Shown in pieces: positions 1 through 12,680 of a stretch of 64,000 nucleotides of DNA; the first letter of the stretch is position 1; each line of letters begins with the position of its first letter. Under the pieces are notes generated by a model. The model saw only the letters and a list, made by a program, of their open reading frames with translations. It did not search any database and had not been told where the DNA came from. The stretch comes from Vicugna vicugna (Eukaryota), in the NCBI GenBank assembly GCA_013265495.1, contig MU058205.1, positions 198,312-262,311 of the forward strand, written 5' to 3'. The position numbers and the translations under genes were made by a program.

Positions 1-483
1 ATACTACACAGAGTGCAGGCTGTTTCAGAAGGAAGAGAAAGGCCACGAGGTGTGGGATTGGGTGCTCAGGTTAAAGTAAAGGTAGGTACACAATCCACAG
101 AGAGAGTGCAGGCCATCCCAGTGAGAGAGGCCACAAGGCGAGACGTGGCCAGTTTTTATGGGCTCCGTAGCCTCACATGCTAACAAGTGCGAGGACCAGT
201 CTAACTACCCTGGGGAAGGGGCTGGGATCCCCAAGAAGTTGGCCGTTGCCCACTTTGACCTTTTGTGGCTACCTTGGGACTGCCATGGCGCCTGTGGGCG
301 TGCTGTTCACCATGCTAATATGTTGCAGGAGGCGTACAATGAAGCTCAAGCTCTGCTAGAAGTCAAGTCTCCCACCATCCTAAGCCTCAAGGCCAGCTAG
401 GGGTTGAATCTTCTGCCATCCTGGTGTTAACTTCTGTGTTATTCCTTGAATGGCTGTGTCCTGCCCCCTTCCCTCCTGTCTCG
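1..483 (-). mobile_element. ERV1-like LTR, family A copy 1 (cut by window edge)
   Basis: Clearly homologous to 2025-2505 and to the reverse complement of 16800-17392; shares the terminus CCCCCTTCCCTCCTGTCTC. Confidence 0.8.
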
Positions 484-1848
484 TGCCTCCGAAGTTCAGC
501 CTATTTTTATTCCCTTTAAAGCTTCAGAAGAGACCTCGGTGGCGGGGCTCTGTGCTGTATTTTGGGCACTGTTCCTGGATGCGTGGGCTTTTGGTTTGAT
601 TCCCTGACCCTCCTGGGAGATCTGTGAGCTACCCACAAACCTTTGATAAATCCCTGCAACCAAGACCCCAGACTGATACTCGTCCAATGAGCTGGTTCCT
701 GAGGTTACCAAGTGGGTTCCACTCAAATGCATTTTTCACTGTGACGTTGAACACACCTCCTCTGCTCTCTGTGCCTGGGTTTTACCCCCTCACTGTCCTG
801 GAGCAGAACCTACATACCTTTTGAAAAGTCCTACTCAATTCCTTGGAATAGAAGTTGCTGAGAAAGTCCACGTTGAGGAGTGAAGAACTCACCGCTGTAT
901 TACTTGTAATCTGAAGTCATCATTGTATTACGTATAATCCCCTCTCTTTCTTCCTAATTGTTCTGAATTCCTGTCCTTTGTTGTGTTAGTCTGGGTGTGT
1001 CTAATTTGGGTCACTTTGCAGCCCAGACCCACCATTCATGTACAAATGATGGGTTTGAGAAGACTAAATAAAGCTAGAAGACAGCGGAGAAATGCGCTCC
1101 CTCATCACCTCCAGGGAGCCCTCCGTATCCTACCATATGCCAGCCCTAAAAGTCTTAACTCTGAATTTTCATAGTAAAATCAGCAGCTCGGCTCATTTTA
1201 ACCTTGAGAAGTCTGTAGTTTTTCTGGTTCTGTTCAAAGCCACTGAGCATTTGCCTTTTAGTCCTGTTTGGACAGCTGTATACGTGGATCTGTCAGGCAG
1301 ATGGTAGGAAACACACAGCTCCCTTTCCTCTGGATGGTGATAACGATTGAAAGAATGGTAATGATGACTCACGGCCCTGAGCCGCCTCCTCTTGGCTGCT
1401 CCTGCCGAGGGTCGTTGCTAGGAGTTTTCCAGAAGAACATTCCTTCTCTTTGGTGAGGTAGGAGCTAAGGGGGGCAGGTACGAGGGAGATCTGTTTTGAG
1501 TTCTCTACGAATTCTGCTTGGTTTCCTCGGCACGCCGCCGCGGTAAAGCTGGACTTGGTGATGCTGGCCCAGAAATAGCACTCCACCCATGTTCCTCAGT
1601 GAGTCCCACCACTTGGCATCTCCGGGCCACCCAAGAGTAGCCGGAGCTTCTTAGATGGAGAACCAGGATGTTACATGGCGTGACGGGGGAGCGCAGGAGT
1701 CCCAAGCGGCACATGCCCTCCACCACAGCCATCCTCCATTGTAAGGTGTCGTCCCCACCCTGCCCCACTCTGGGCAAACATCAAAGGAAACGTGCTATGA
1801 AATACCAAGTCATGATGAGAATGTTAAGTATTTTAAGCTTTTTTCAGG

Positions 1849-2505
1849 TGATACAGGAAAAACAGATGTGAGGCTTGAAGAGGAACGTGTCTCAGGTCTC
1901 GGTGGCGTCCCTGGGACGTGCCCCGCCAAGTGTGGTTCCTTGGTGTCACGCAGGAAAGAATTCAAGAGTGAGCCACAGTTGAATAAAGGTAGATTTATTT
2001 AGAGAGATACACACTGCACAGAGTGTAGGCTGTTTAAGAAGGTGAGAGAAAGGCCACGAGACGTGGGGGTCGGATGCTCAGATTAGAGTAAAAGTAGGTA
2101 CACACTCCATAGACAGACCGCAGGTCGTCTCCGAAGATGAGGGAGAGAGAGAGGCAGCCAGGCGTGGTGCTGCCAGTTTTCAGGGGCTCGGTAGCTACAC
2201 ACGCCTACAAGTGGGAGGACTATTCCAACGACCTTGGGGAAGGGGCTGGGATTCCCAGGAACTGGGCCACCCCTCACTCTTTGACTTTTTATGATTAGCC
2301 TTGGAGCTGTCATGACGCCTGTGGGGGTGCCATCTACCATGTTAACATTACAATTAGCATACAATGAAGCTCAAGGTCTACTAGAAGTCAAATCTTCTGC
2401 CGTGTTAAGCCTCACAGACAACTGGGACTTGAATCTGCCACCATTTTGGTGCTAATTGCTGTCACTCCTTGAACGGATGTGCCCGCCCCCTTTCCTCCTG
2501 TCTCC
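1849..2505 (-). mobile_element. ERV1-like solo LTR, family A copy 2
   Basis: Begins TGATACAGGAAA and ends CCTGTCTCC; 4-bp TSD CAGG at 1845-1848 and 2506-2509; AATAAA on the minus strand (TTTATT near 1995); homologous to two other copies in the window. Confidence 0.85.
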
Positions 2506-3723
2506 CAGGGATGTGGTGCCCTATTTGCTCATCAAAAATGGAAACTCAGAGGCAATGAGTGAGTCAGGTTGGTGGGGATGGCCGGGCAGACAGGGAGCCT
2601 TCCCCCTGCGCTGTCTCTGATAGAAAGCGTCCTGTGAGCTTGCTGGCTGAGTCGCCTTCTCCCTACACTTGTCCCGACTACTGCACCCTTGAGCTTCTCC
2701 CTCCCCTCGGAGAGCTGGAGAGCTGGCCGGCACTGCTCTGTCCCTCTCTTCTCTCCAATTAAATCCTAAGCCAAGAAAAGGGCAGGCTGTCTGCCTGCCT
2801 TAGGGTCTTTCTCCCTCAGGAAATGCCGCAGTTGCTGGGACCAGGCTCTGAGCATCAGCCAGAAGGGCCCTTCTTAAGTGAAGTCCAGCACCTTCGTTTC
2901 CCGGTGGAGGAAATTCCACCAGAGGAGATGGTGACTCCGCGGTCCGTGGTGATGCTGTTGTGTTGCTCTTGGGTCGGGGCCACGATTCCTGGACCAGCCT
3001 GCGCAGTGCCTTTCTCAGGGGTCGGGAGTCACTGTGACAAAAGAACAGGCATGTTTTCTAGGGAAGAGCTTCACAGATGTTAATGGGCCCGGGGGTTGTG
3101 GCCTCTCTTGTTTTTTTCCACCTGGGGGTTTAATTTTCAGACGTGGCCAAATACTAGAGTGAAACGTGCCCGCCGATGAAACCCCAGGATTCGGCTTCCT
3201 TCTCAGACCGTCATGGACACCGGAGGCCAGGCCGGGCCTTCCCCCTGGCGCAGCTCCCCGGTCAGGGGAGGCCGAGGGGAGCAGAGAAGGCCTGCACCTG
3301 GGGAAGGAGGACTGGGGAGGCCAAGAAGAGAACGCAGTTTTTCATCCCATGTTTACTCTTCAAATTGAATTATTCCTCCCTTTGGGCAGAACGAGAACGT
3401 ACAGGGGCCAAGAGAGGCCCGGACGTCACAGCTGTGGAGCTGCTCACATGCAGGACGAGGACGGAAGCGTCTTCTCCCGAATGCTCCCTGGGCTTTGTCT
3501 TGGTCTCTTACCACCCCCAGCGCATCCTCAGAAGAAGGGAGACTGGGGGGTCGTCCTATGCCCACCTCCAGGGAGCTTCTCTGGGCACTTCTTTAAGCCA
3601 CAGAGGCCAGGCCACACCCATAACTTATGACCCAGTGGGTTCGGGGCAGGGAGAAGGCGTGTGGTTCGGGCCCTGCAGTCGGATTGGTTAGATCTGAATC
3701 TCAGCTCTACCGGCTCCTAGTAC

Positions 3724-4062
3724 TGTATTCTGGTTCTTAGGGCCAGGAGTTTATGTTCTCACAGCCCTGGAGGCTGGACGTCTGACATCAAGCTGTCTGC
3801 AGGGCCGGTTTCTTCTGAGGCCTCTTTCCTCGGCTTGTCCGGGGCCTGGGGTCCTCACACGGTCCTCTCTCTATGTTGTCTGTATCCCAATCTCCTCTTT
3901 TTATAAGGAAACCAGACAGATTGGGTCAGGGTTCAACCAAAGGCCTCATTTTACCTTAATTGCCCCTCTCAAGATACTCTCTCCAAATGCAGTCACATTC
4001 CAAGATCCTGGGGTTAGGACTGCAAATATGAATTTTCAGGGGACACAGTTCAGCCCGAAACA
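3724..4062 (-). mobile_element. MaLR LTR (MLT1-like)
   Basis: Typical MLT1 motifs: TTCTCACAGCCCTGGAGGCTGG, CAAATGCAGTCACATTC, GGGGACACAGTTCAGCCC. Confidence 0.75.
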
Positions 4063-4879
4063 GGTACCTTCTCCAGGCCTGTGTTTCCATCTGTAAAATG
4101 GAGATGACAGAGTGGCTACTCAAGAGGCTCCCCTACTTCCTTCTGGAATGTTGTCTGTCATGACACCTGGCCCTGCCCTGAGTGCCCGTCGGGCTGGTGG
4201 GGGAGGCAGTCACCCCTTTTCCCTCTGCAGCCCTGGCCCCGTGGGCAGGATGCTCTGGAGAGTTCTCTGGGATCCTTCCAGTTGTGTGCAGCCCCAGCTC
4301 TGCAAGGCCAGTCTTGTTATTGACTTTTCTGGCTCTCAGGAAGACTCAGAGATTGCATTTGCCTTCCTGGGGTTAAGGGTTGTTACACCAGCGGCTCCCC
4401 TTCCTGTCGCCAGGCATCTCCGCAGGACCACGGGCTCAGTCTGCTGCACAGGCGACAGAGCCATTTTCCTGCTGGTGACTGATGTTCTGGCTCTTTCTGC
4501 TTTTCCTACAAGCCCTTAGCTCTCAGATGCAGAGATCTGAAGGCTGAAGAAGAGCAGCAGGGAGGACTGTAGTTACAAGCCTTAGACAAAGTGACAGAGA
4601 AACAGGATAACCGCAATGGATCTGTCCAGTGTTAATAGTGTAATTTCGAAAGGAGAGAAATAAGCGAGTCCTCTACACCCGATTTTGACAGAGACCCTTC
4701 GCTGTGGATCAGAGAATGTCATTCACATTCATTTCATCCATCTCGGCTTCATAAGAATGTGAGAGCGTGGAGGATACATTCTATCCCTTTAAGAAAAAAC
4801 AAACATAATTTGCTGACCTTAGATACTTCTTTTCGACCCTGGATAAAATACTTGAGTGAGGATATTTTGTAATTAGACA

Positions 4880-5260
4880 ACATCATTCATTCATTCATTT
4901 AATATTTTATGGAACTACTTTAGCAGAAAATAGAATTAGTCCTGTGATTGATATAAAACTGAGTAAGAATTTCTGCCTTCAGAAGGGTCATGTGATTAGG
5001 GGACAGACCACATACATTAATGTCAACGTTAGAAATTATAAATGATGACTGGGACATTGTGCTGTACACCAGAGGCTGACACATTGTAACTGACTATACT
5101 TCAGTTAAAAAAAAAGAAGAAATTATAAATGAAATGCTGAGAAACCTCAGAGGGAGATGCTGTGGGGCAGGTAGGTGTGCAGATTCCGAGGAAAGTCTCC
5201 CTGGAAGCGGGCCTGAAAAGAACTGAGGCTTTGAGCAGACAGGGCTGGGCGTGTGGGTAA
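4880..5260 (-). mobile_element. L2 LINE 3' relic interrupted by a short L1 insertion
   Basis: (ATTC)n tail at about 4882-4899 followed by degraded L2-like sequence. Confidence 0.5.
5046..5117 (+). mobile_element. Extremely 5'-truncated young L1 (about 70 bp)
   Basis: Matches the L1 3' terminus at 12595-12660 and has an A-rich tail; perfect 15-bp TSD AGAAATTATAAATGA at 5031-5045 and 5118-5132. Confidence 0.9.
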
Positions 5261-5939
5261 GGCTGTGAGCATGCGCATGGGGACAGCTGGGGTCGGGTGG
5301 CACGCTGGGCGAGGAGAGTAGGGGACACAGAAGGGACTGGGAAACCGCTTGGGTCAGGACCCAGTCCTGGAGGCAGGAGAAGTTCTGATTTCAGAGTGTG
5401 GGCGGGAACCATGGAAACAGGCTCATCGTTGCCCGGTGGGCTCTTCCCTTTCAGGAGGACTGATCTGCAGGACCGACTGGGGCGGGCCAAGGTTACAGAC
5501 GGAGTCTACTGCAGTATTAGTGGGCCAGCTGGAGGGAGGGCCCGAGCTAGGAACTAAGAGATGGCAGATGCATGGTCAGAATAAAAAACCTTTCTGAAAA
5601 AAATAAACTTTCATTATTATAAAAGCCTGGCCCGTAAACCAGGTTTTTTTTGAAAACTCTTCCCCTCTCATCCCCTTCTGCATCAAGCTGGAAGGCCTTG
5701 TGTTGGGGTTGGTGGTTCCCCAAGATGAGAGGAGCCAGATCTTTGAGCAGCTGTGTGTAGCAGAGCTCCCCCACCCCCAACTTCCAGCCACAGTATTTTT
5801 CATGTAAGCCAATGTGTATGTGCCTTGTGAGAAATAAATTTTTAAAAGTTAAAGAATACAAATAAGATAAAAATAATATTCCTATTACCCAGATAACACA
5901 TGTTTAACAGATACCACATTTTTAAAATAGATCAGGCAT

Positions 5940-6070
5940 GGGGGAGGGTATAGCTCAAGTGGCAGAGTGCATGCTCAGCATGCAGGAGGTCCGGGGTTCA
6001 ATCCCCAGTACCTCCTCTAAAGATAAATAAACCAAATATCCCGCCCCCAAAACAAACAAACAAAAAACCA
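5940..6070 (+). mobile_element. tRNA-derived SINE (camelid Vic-1-like)
   Basis: GGGGAGGGTATAGCTCAAGTGG A-box head, GGTTCAATCCC B-box, (CAAA)n tail; three more copies in the window. Confidence 0.85.
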
Positions 6071-6529
6071 AAGTGAAATAGGTTACACATCTCCTCCTGG
6101 CTCTTTTTCTATGTAGGTATGTAGGCAGTGTCAGCCTGAATAAAGGAGGTAAACTGAGCCAAGCTCAAATGACCAGAAATTGAGTTTATTCCAGAACAGC
6201 AGAGGGACTGCAATTCAGAAAGTCCATTGAGGGTTTGGGCCACTCTGTGTATGAGCAAGGAGTGAAAAGGCCAGGCGGACCAGCCAGCATCCAGGTAGTG
6301 AATTCACTGGATTAAGGATGGGACGGATTCTTGGTAGGTGTTCATTGGTCCGGAGCTAGGTGTCTGTCTTCTGTAAATCAGGCATTTATGGTAAATCAAT
6401 CTCTCAGTTCTTAGCTGTTTTTCTGGGGGCACGTGACTGAGATTCTATCTTCCCTGTCCTTCAGTTCCATTTTAGACTGAAATCCTTTCACCGTGTGTAG
6501 GTGTAGACAGATGCATATATACACATTAC

Positions 6530-7965
6530 CTAATTTTTTTTTTTACGGAAATGAGATTTTATCATAATTCAGTCTTGCTATCTATCTGTCTATACACACA
6601 TGCGCATGTACACACAAGTATATATGTATCTTTAACCAAAATGAAATCAAACTGTATGTACCATGTTGTAATTTTTTTCAGTCAAAGATCTCTACTCCTC
6701 CATTGTAGTAAATTTTGAACTCATATAGGGTAACCACCATATTCAAATTTTTCCAGTTATCCAAAATTTTTAATTTACTGCTGCTTTAAACAGTGTTCCA
6801 CCCGCTTTTGGTTGTGATGGCATTTTGTTTTTCTGTCCCTTTAAATTCCTTGATTTTTAAAAAGTTTCTCTTAAAATGACGTTGATTTGTTGAAGGGACT
6901 GGCCAGCTGCCTGCAGGATGTCCCATTTTTTTGATTTTTCTCGTGACTATTGCCCTATATTTCATGGAACTTGTATCTAAACATCGTTAGCTAGCATAGG
7001 TCATAGCTGATCAGAAGACCCGTGACACTTGCTTGCCTTGGGATGGTCAAAATCTGATCTCCATTTTGCTGTTATACTTCCCCGCTGTGACTAAATTCAT
7101 GCGATATTCCTGGATATACAGCTAGTTCTCCCTCAGCTACTCACATGATGGTTTTAACGTCAACTGGTAAAATCTAAAGCTTATGAAATGATTTTAAAAG
7201 TAATTCTGTCATTCATTCTGCATTTATTATCTCATCAGCATGGATTCCTTGAGATCCCAAAATACCCATTTTCAAAGTAAGGCATTACTTTAATAGCTAC
7301 TTCAAATGGTGACAAATGAGTTTTTCTGACTTTATATATTATTAAAAATATCATGAATGGATTTTCATTGATCCAAGGTATTTCAACCCATCATAATCAT
7401 AATACTTTTCGATGTTTAAATTGTCATGACTTTGGCAAGTAGGCTCTTTTTCAAGCTGTCTCCTCAGTCCTTTACATATGACCACATTCATACTTGAGTT
7501 TTCTAGTATAATGCGGGTGTCCCAGGCTCATCCTGGGCCTCATTTAGATGGAAATTAGCCATTTCTCCAAGGACCTCTGATTTCTTCAGTGGAGACGGTG
7601 ATCCCACTCAAGCTCCAGCAATGTCTCAATGTCAACAGAATACAAAACAGAATTATATGTTCCATTTAGTTGTCATATGTATCTAGTCTTCATTCTGGAA
7701 GAGCTTTCTCAGTCTTTGGCTATAATATTTTAGGATTACAGGCTATTTATTGTATACAATAACCCTCAATGTATATTTCTTTGGCATTTCTTCACATTTG
7801 GGTTCAGGTTATGTAGCTCTGGCAAGAATATCACAGAAGCAATGTGTGTTCTTATTGCATCAGGCAGCACAGGATTTCTGTATGTCTCACTACTGAAGTC
7901 TATGTCAATCATTTGATTAAAATGTGGGCTTTGCTAAGTTTCTCCACTGTGAAGTTATTTTTAAC
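6530..7965 (-). mobile_element. Old L1 (L1M-type) 3' region, degraded
   Basis: AT-rich, with L1MC/MD-like motifs such as AGCCATTTCTCCAAGGACCTCTGATTTC and TTCTCCACTGTGAAGTTA. Confidence 0.5.
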
Positions 7966-7969
7966 AGTA

Positions 7970-8780
7970 ATAATAAAAATACAATGTATCAAAATGTGTG
8001 GCCAGCAGTTGAAGTTTATAGGGAAGTATATAGCTTTAGGTGCTTATAAATGAAAAGTAAAAAGATCTAAGTCACTAAGATTAAAAAGCGTAAAAGGGGG
8101 GTGGTGCAAATTAAAACTTAATGTAAGTAAAAGGAATTAATAGGAAATCAATAAATAGGAAAAAGACAACTAAATAATCAGTGAGACAAAATGTTGGTCC
8201 TTTGAAGTGACTAATACATCTCTAGCATCTCTAGTTAGACTGATTAAGAAAGAGGAGAAAACACTTTACCAATATCAAGAATGAAAGAGGGAGCATCACA
8301 ACCGAACCTACAGATGTTAAAATGATACTAAGAGAACGTTATAAACTACGTCATGTCAATAAATTCAACCACTTGGATAAAATAAACAAATGTCTTGAAA
8401 GACACGTTATCAAAATTGTCAAAAGGAAAAACAGAAATTCGTAGTACCCCTGTATCTATGAAAGAAATTGAATTTAGAATTAAACACTTTCCCATAAAGA
8501 AAACCCCAGGCCAGAAGTCTTTCACGTTGCATTTCACTAAACATTCAAGGAAGAAGTAATACCACGCCTACACAAATTCTTTCTAAAAACAAAGGAGGAG
8601 AAAACATTGTCAGCCTAGCATCACCCTGATACCAACATTTGACAAAGACATTAGAAGAACAGAAAACGAAAAGCCATTTTCTCTCACGAATATAGACACA
8701 AAAATCCTTAGCAACATATTAGCACCCCATTATGTGGAAGACCGTGAATTATCTCAATAGATGCACAAATGGCGTCTCGA
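7970..8780 (+). mobile_element. Old L1 ORF2 fragment (region after the endonuclease domain)
   Basis: Motifs ATCAAAATGTGTGG, GGGAAGTATATAGCTTTA, AATATCAAGAATGAAAGAGGG and CATCACCCTGATACCAA match recalled L1 ORF2 DNA; many stops. Confidence 0.75.
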
Positions 8781-9899
8781 AAGACTCAGCCTTTCAGAGT
8801 TCAACAGCATTTAACACATTTCTCCATTTTTTCTGTTTGGGGCTCCAATGTGTCATTGCGTAGTATGGACTCAGCTTACAGCACCCTTAAGGGACTTCGC
8901 CCTGTTTGTGGAGTTCCTTTTACATTAGCTCTGGTTAGTATTCAGTAACAAACTCAAGGTGATCCCTAAGCAAATAAGTGGGCTCTTTTTCTTCCTAACT
9001 CCCCTGAGTCCTGCCCTGCTCCCATGGCTGACAGCCAGCCCAACCTCTTCCTGGTCTCAACTCCCGAGGCCTCATCTCTGCTTGACCCCCTCCATCAGCT
9101 GCGGCAGAAAGCTGGGGAGACTGTAGGCCTCACCCTTCTCAGGGATCCAAAGTCTTCCCCTGGTTGGCCAATGTCTGAAAACAACTGTTTCATATATTTT
9201 GGTCATGTTCTTGTTCGTTTACCCTGACATGGTCCCTTGGCAAGGGATTTTGAAGGTGGAATCACAATGATGGTTGAGTTAGGATTCATGAGCACTTGGT
9301 GATTGCCTCCTTCAGAATGCAGAAGGGGTACAATATTCCTTCAGAGTAAAGAAAGCAGAGAGATTTTTTTAAAGTACCAAGCATCTGAGTTGGGTGCCCA
9401 GAAGAGGAATGCTGGACTGTGACTGGGGGCCATACGAGAAATGTCACAATGCAGCCCTCTGACTTGGGAGGGATATCCAGCCCAGAGGGGTCCACTAGGG
9501 ATGGGCCCACAGGTGTGAAAGGAGAAGCAATTGGAATGGATGGAATTGCCAAGGAGACCGAAGAGACATTAAGGAGCTTTCAGGGGGTGAGCATTAAAAA
9601 CTGCTTCTGGCAATGAAAAGGTCATTGGTGGCTGCTGAAAGAAGATTTCCAGTAAATGATGCAACAGGCTAATGGGGGGTGGGCGTTGAGGAAGTGGAGG
9701 CAGGGACAGAGCAGGTGAAAGGAAGAAAGAGATCTCAGGGCAGCTGGAAGATGGTGAGTGGGTGTCCTTCATTTAGGGGAGACCTAAGCATGCCTTTTTA
9801 ACAAAGGGAGTGATCGTTCCAGAAGTTCTGCTGTCAATCTAACTTGCTGGTGGTGTGGGTGTTTGGATAATAGAAATTCCATTTCCATCTATTCATGTA

Positions 9900-10365
9900 C
9901 AGGCATTCCTCACTTTATTGCCCTTCATAGGTAATATTTTTTGTTTGTTTGTTTGTTTTCACACAAATTGAAGGCTTGAGACAACCCTCTGTTGAGCAAG
10001 TCTATTGTGCCATTTTTTGCTCCCTTTGTGTCTCTGTATCTCATTTTGGTAATTCTTGCAATATTTCAAATTTTTTTCCAGTTAATTTACCATATTTGTT
10101 ATGGTAAACTGTGATCAGTGATCTTTGATGTTACTATTGTGATTGTTTTGGGGCACCCATGTAGAATGGTGAGCTTAATTGATAAATGTCTTGTGTTCTG
10201 ACACCTCCACTAACTGGCTGTTCCCCCATCTCTCTCTCTCCTTGAGTGTCTCCATGGGACACAATAATACTGAAATTAGGCCAATTAATAACCCTATCAC
10301 AGCACTAGGTGTTCAAGTGAAAGGAAGAGTTGCATGTTTTTCACTTTCAATCAAAATCTAGAAAT
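9900..10365 (+). mobile_element. Tigger1 DNA transposon, 5' part only
   Basis: TA|CAGGCATTCCTC terminal repeat, ACAAATTGAAGG, and GTGTTCAAGTGAAAGGAAGAG...TCAAAATCTAGAAAT match the recalled Tigger1 consensus. Confidence 0.75.
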
Positions 10366-12680
10366 ACCAATTTATGATAAAAAACTCTTACCAAAGTGGG
10401 TATAGAGCGAACATATCTCAACATAATAAAAGCTATTTATGACAAACACACAGCCAATCTAATACTCAATGGAGAAAAGTTGAAATCCTTCCTGCTAAAA
10501 TCTGGGACAAGGATGCCCACTCTAACCACTTCTATTCAACGCAATATTGGAAGTCCTAACCATAGCAATCAGACAAGAAAAGGAAATAAAAGGGATCCAA
10601 ATTAGAAGAGAAGAGGTAAAATTGTCACTATATGCAGATGACATGTATAGAAAACCCTGAAGACTCCACACAGAAACTACCAGGGCTTATAAAAGAATTC
10701 AACAAGGTAGCATGGTACAAGAGTAATGTACAGAAATCAGTAGCATTTCTTTACACTAACAATGAAATATCAGAAAAAGAAAGTAAAGAAACAATCCCTT
10801 TTAAAATTGCATCCAAAAAATTAAATACTTAGGAATAAATCTGACCAAGGAGGTGAAAGACTTACATGTGGAGAACCACAAAACATTGATTAAGGAAATT
10901 AAAGAGGACTTAAAGAAATAGAAAAATACCCCATGTTCTTGATTGGAAAAATTAATATTGTTAAAATGCCTCTACTATCCAAAGCAATCTGCAGATTTAA
11001 TGTATCAAATCACCTAAGATGTTTTTCATAGAACGAGAACAAATAATCCTAAAGTTTATATAGAATCACAAAAGACCCAGAATTGCCAAAGCAATCCTGA
11101 AGAAAAAGAATGAAGCTGGAGGAATAGCCCACCCAGACTTCAGACAATACTACAGAGCTACAGTCATCAAAACAGCACGGTAATGGCACAAAAACAGACA
11201 TATGGATCAATGGTACAGAACAGAGAGCCCAGAAATGAACCCACAGACTTATGGTCAATTAATCTTCAACAAAGGAGGCAAGAATATACGGTGGAGAAAA
11301 GTCTCTTCAGCAAGTGGTGTTGGGAAAACTGGACAGCAGCATGTAAATCAATGAAGTTAGAACACACCCTCCCATCTTACACAAAAATTAACTCAAAATG
11401 GCTTAAAAACTTAAATATAAGACAAGATAGTATAAACCTCCTAGAAGAAAACATAGGCAAAACATTCTCTGACAGAAATCTTAGCAAGGTTCTCCTAGGG
11501 CAGTCTACCCAGGCAATAGAAATAAAAGCAAAAATAAACAAATGGGCCTTAATTAAACTTATAAGCTTTTGCATAGTAAAGGAAATCATAAGCAAAATGA
11601 AAAGACAATTTATGGAATGGAAGAACAAATTAGCAAATAATGTGACTGACAAGGGCTCAATTTCCAACATATATAAACAGCTCATACAGCTTAATAACAG
11701 CAACAACAGAAAAACTCAATTCAAAAATGGGCAGAAGACCTAAACAAGCAATTCTCCAGTGAAGACATACAAATGGCCAATAGGCATAACAAAAAATGCT
11801 CAATATTGCTAATTATCAGAGAAATGAAAATCAAAACCTCACACTGGTCAGAATGGCTATCATTCAAAAGTCCACGAATGATAAATGCTGGAGGGGGTGT
11901 GGAGAAGAAAAGGNNNNNNNNNNNNNNNNNNNNNNNNNNNNNCCTCCTACAGTGTGGTGGGAATGCAGTTTGGTGCAGCCATTGTGGAAAACAGTACGGA
12001 GATTCCTCAAAAGTCTAAAAATAGACTTACCATATGATCCAATAATACCACTCCTGGGCATATATCCAGAGAGAACCTTAATTCAGAAAGATACCTACAC
12101 CCCAGTGTTCATAGCAGTGCTATTTACAATAGCCAAGACATGAAAACAACCTAAATGTCCATCAGCTGATGACTGAATAAAAAAGTTGTGGTATATTTAT
12201 ACAATGGAATACTACTCAGCCATAAAAAAGTATAAAATAATGCCATTTGCAGCAACATGGATGGCCCTGGAAATTGTGATTCTGAGTGAAGTAAGCCAGA
12301 AAGAGAAAGACAAATACCATATGATATCACTTATATGTAGAATCTAAAAAAAAAAAAGACGAATTTATTTACAAAACAGAAACAGACTTACAGATATAGA
12401 AAACAAACTTATGGTTACCAGGGAGAGGAGGGTGGGAAGGGATAAAGTAGGAGTTTGAGGTTTGTAGAAACTAACTAATATATATGAAATAGACAAGTTT
12501 ATACTGTACAGCACAGGGAACTAACTGTATTCCATATCTTGTAATAGTTATGGTGAAAAAGAATATGAAAATGAATATATGTATGTTCATGTATGACTGG
12601 AGCACTGTGCTGTACACCAGAAATTGATACAACATTGTAAACTGACTATACCTCAATAAAAACAAACAAACAAACAAATA
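10366..12680 (+). mobile_element. 5'-truncated young L1 (ORF2 3' half, 3'UTR and tail), frameshifted
   Basis: ORF fragments read as L1 ORF2: [82 protein letters not shown]. Ends in AATAAA plus (CAAA)n. Contains the N gap 11914-11942. Confidence 0.95.

Noticed and set aside
1..2505. Two same-orientation family A LTRs as a provirus
   Set aside because: Copy 2 has its own TSD on both sides, and the 1.4-kb spacer shows no retroviral coding remnants.
5940..6015. tRNA-like sequence
   Set aside because: It continues into a SINE tail and has three diverged sibling copies, so it is a SINE head rather than a tRNA gene.
10396..12143. L1 ORF2 as a functional CDS
   Set aside because: 5'-truncated, with multiple frameshifts and stops.
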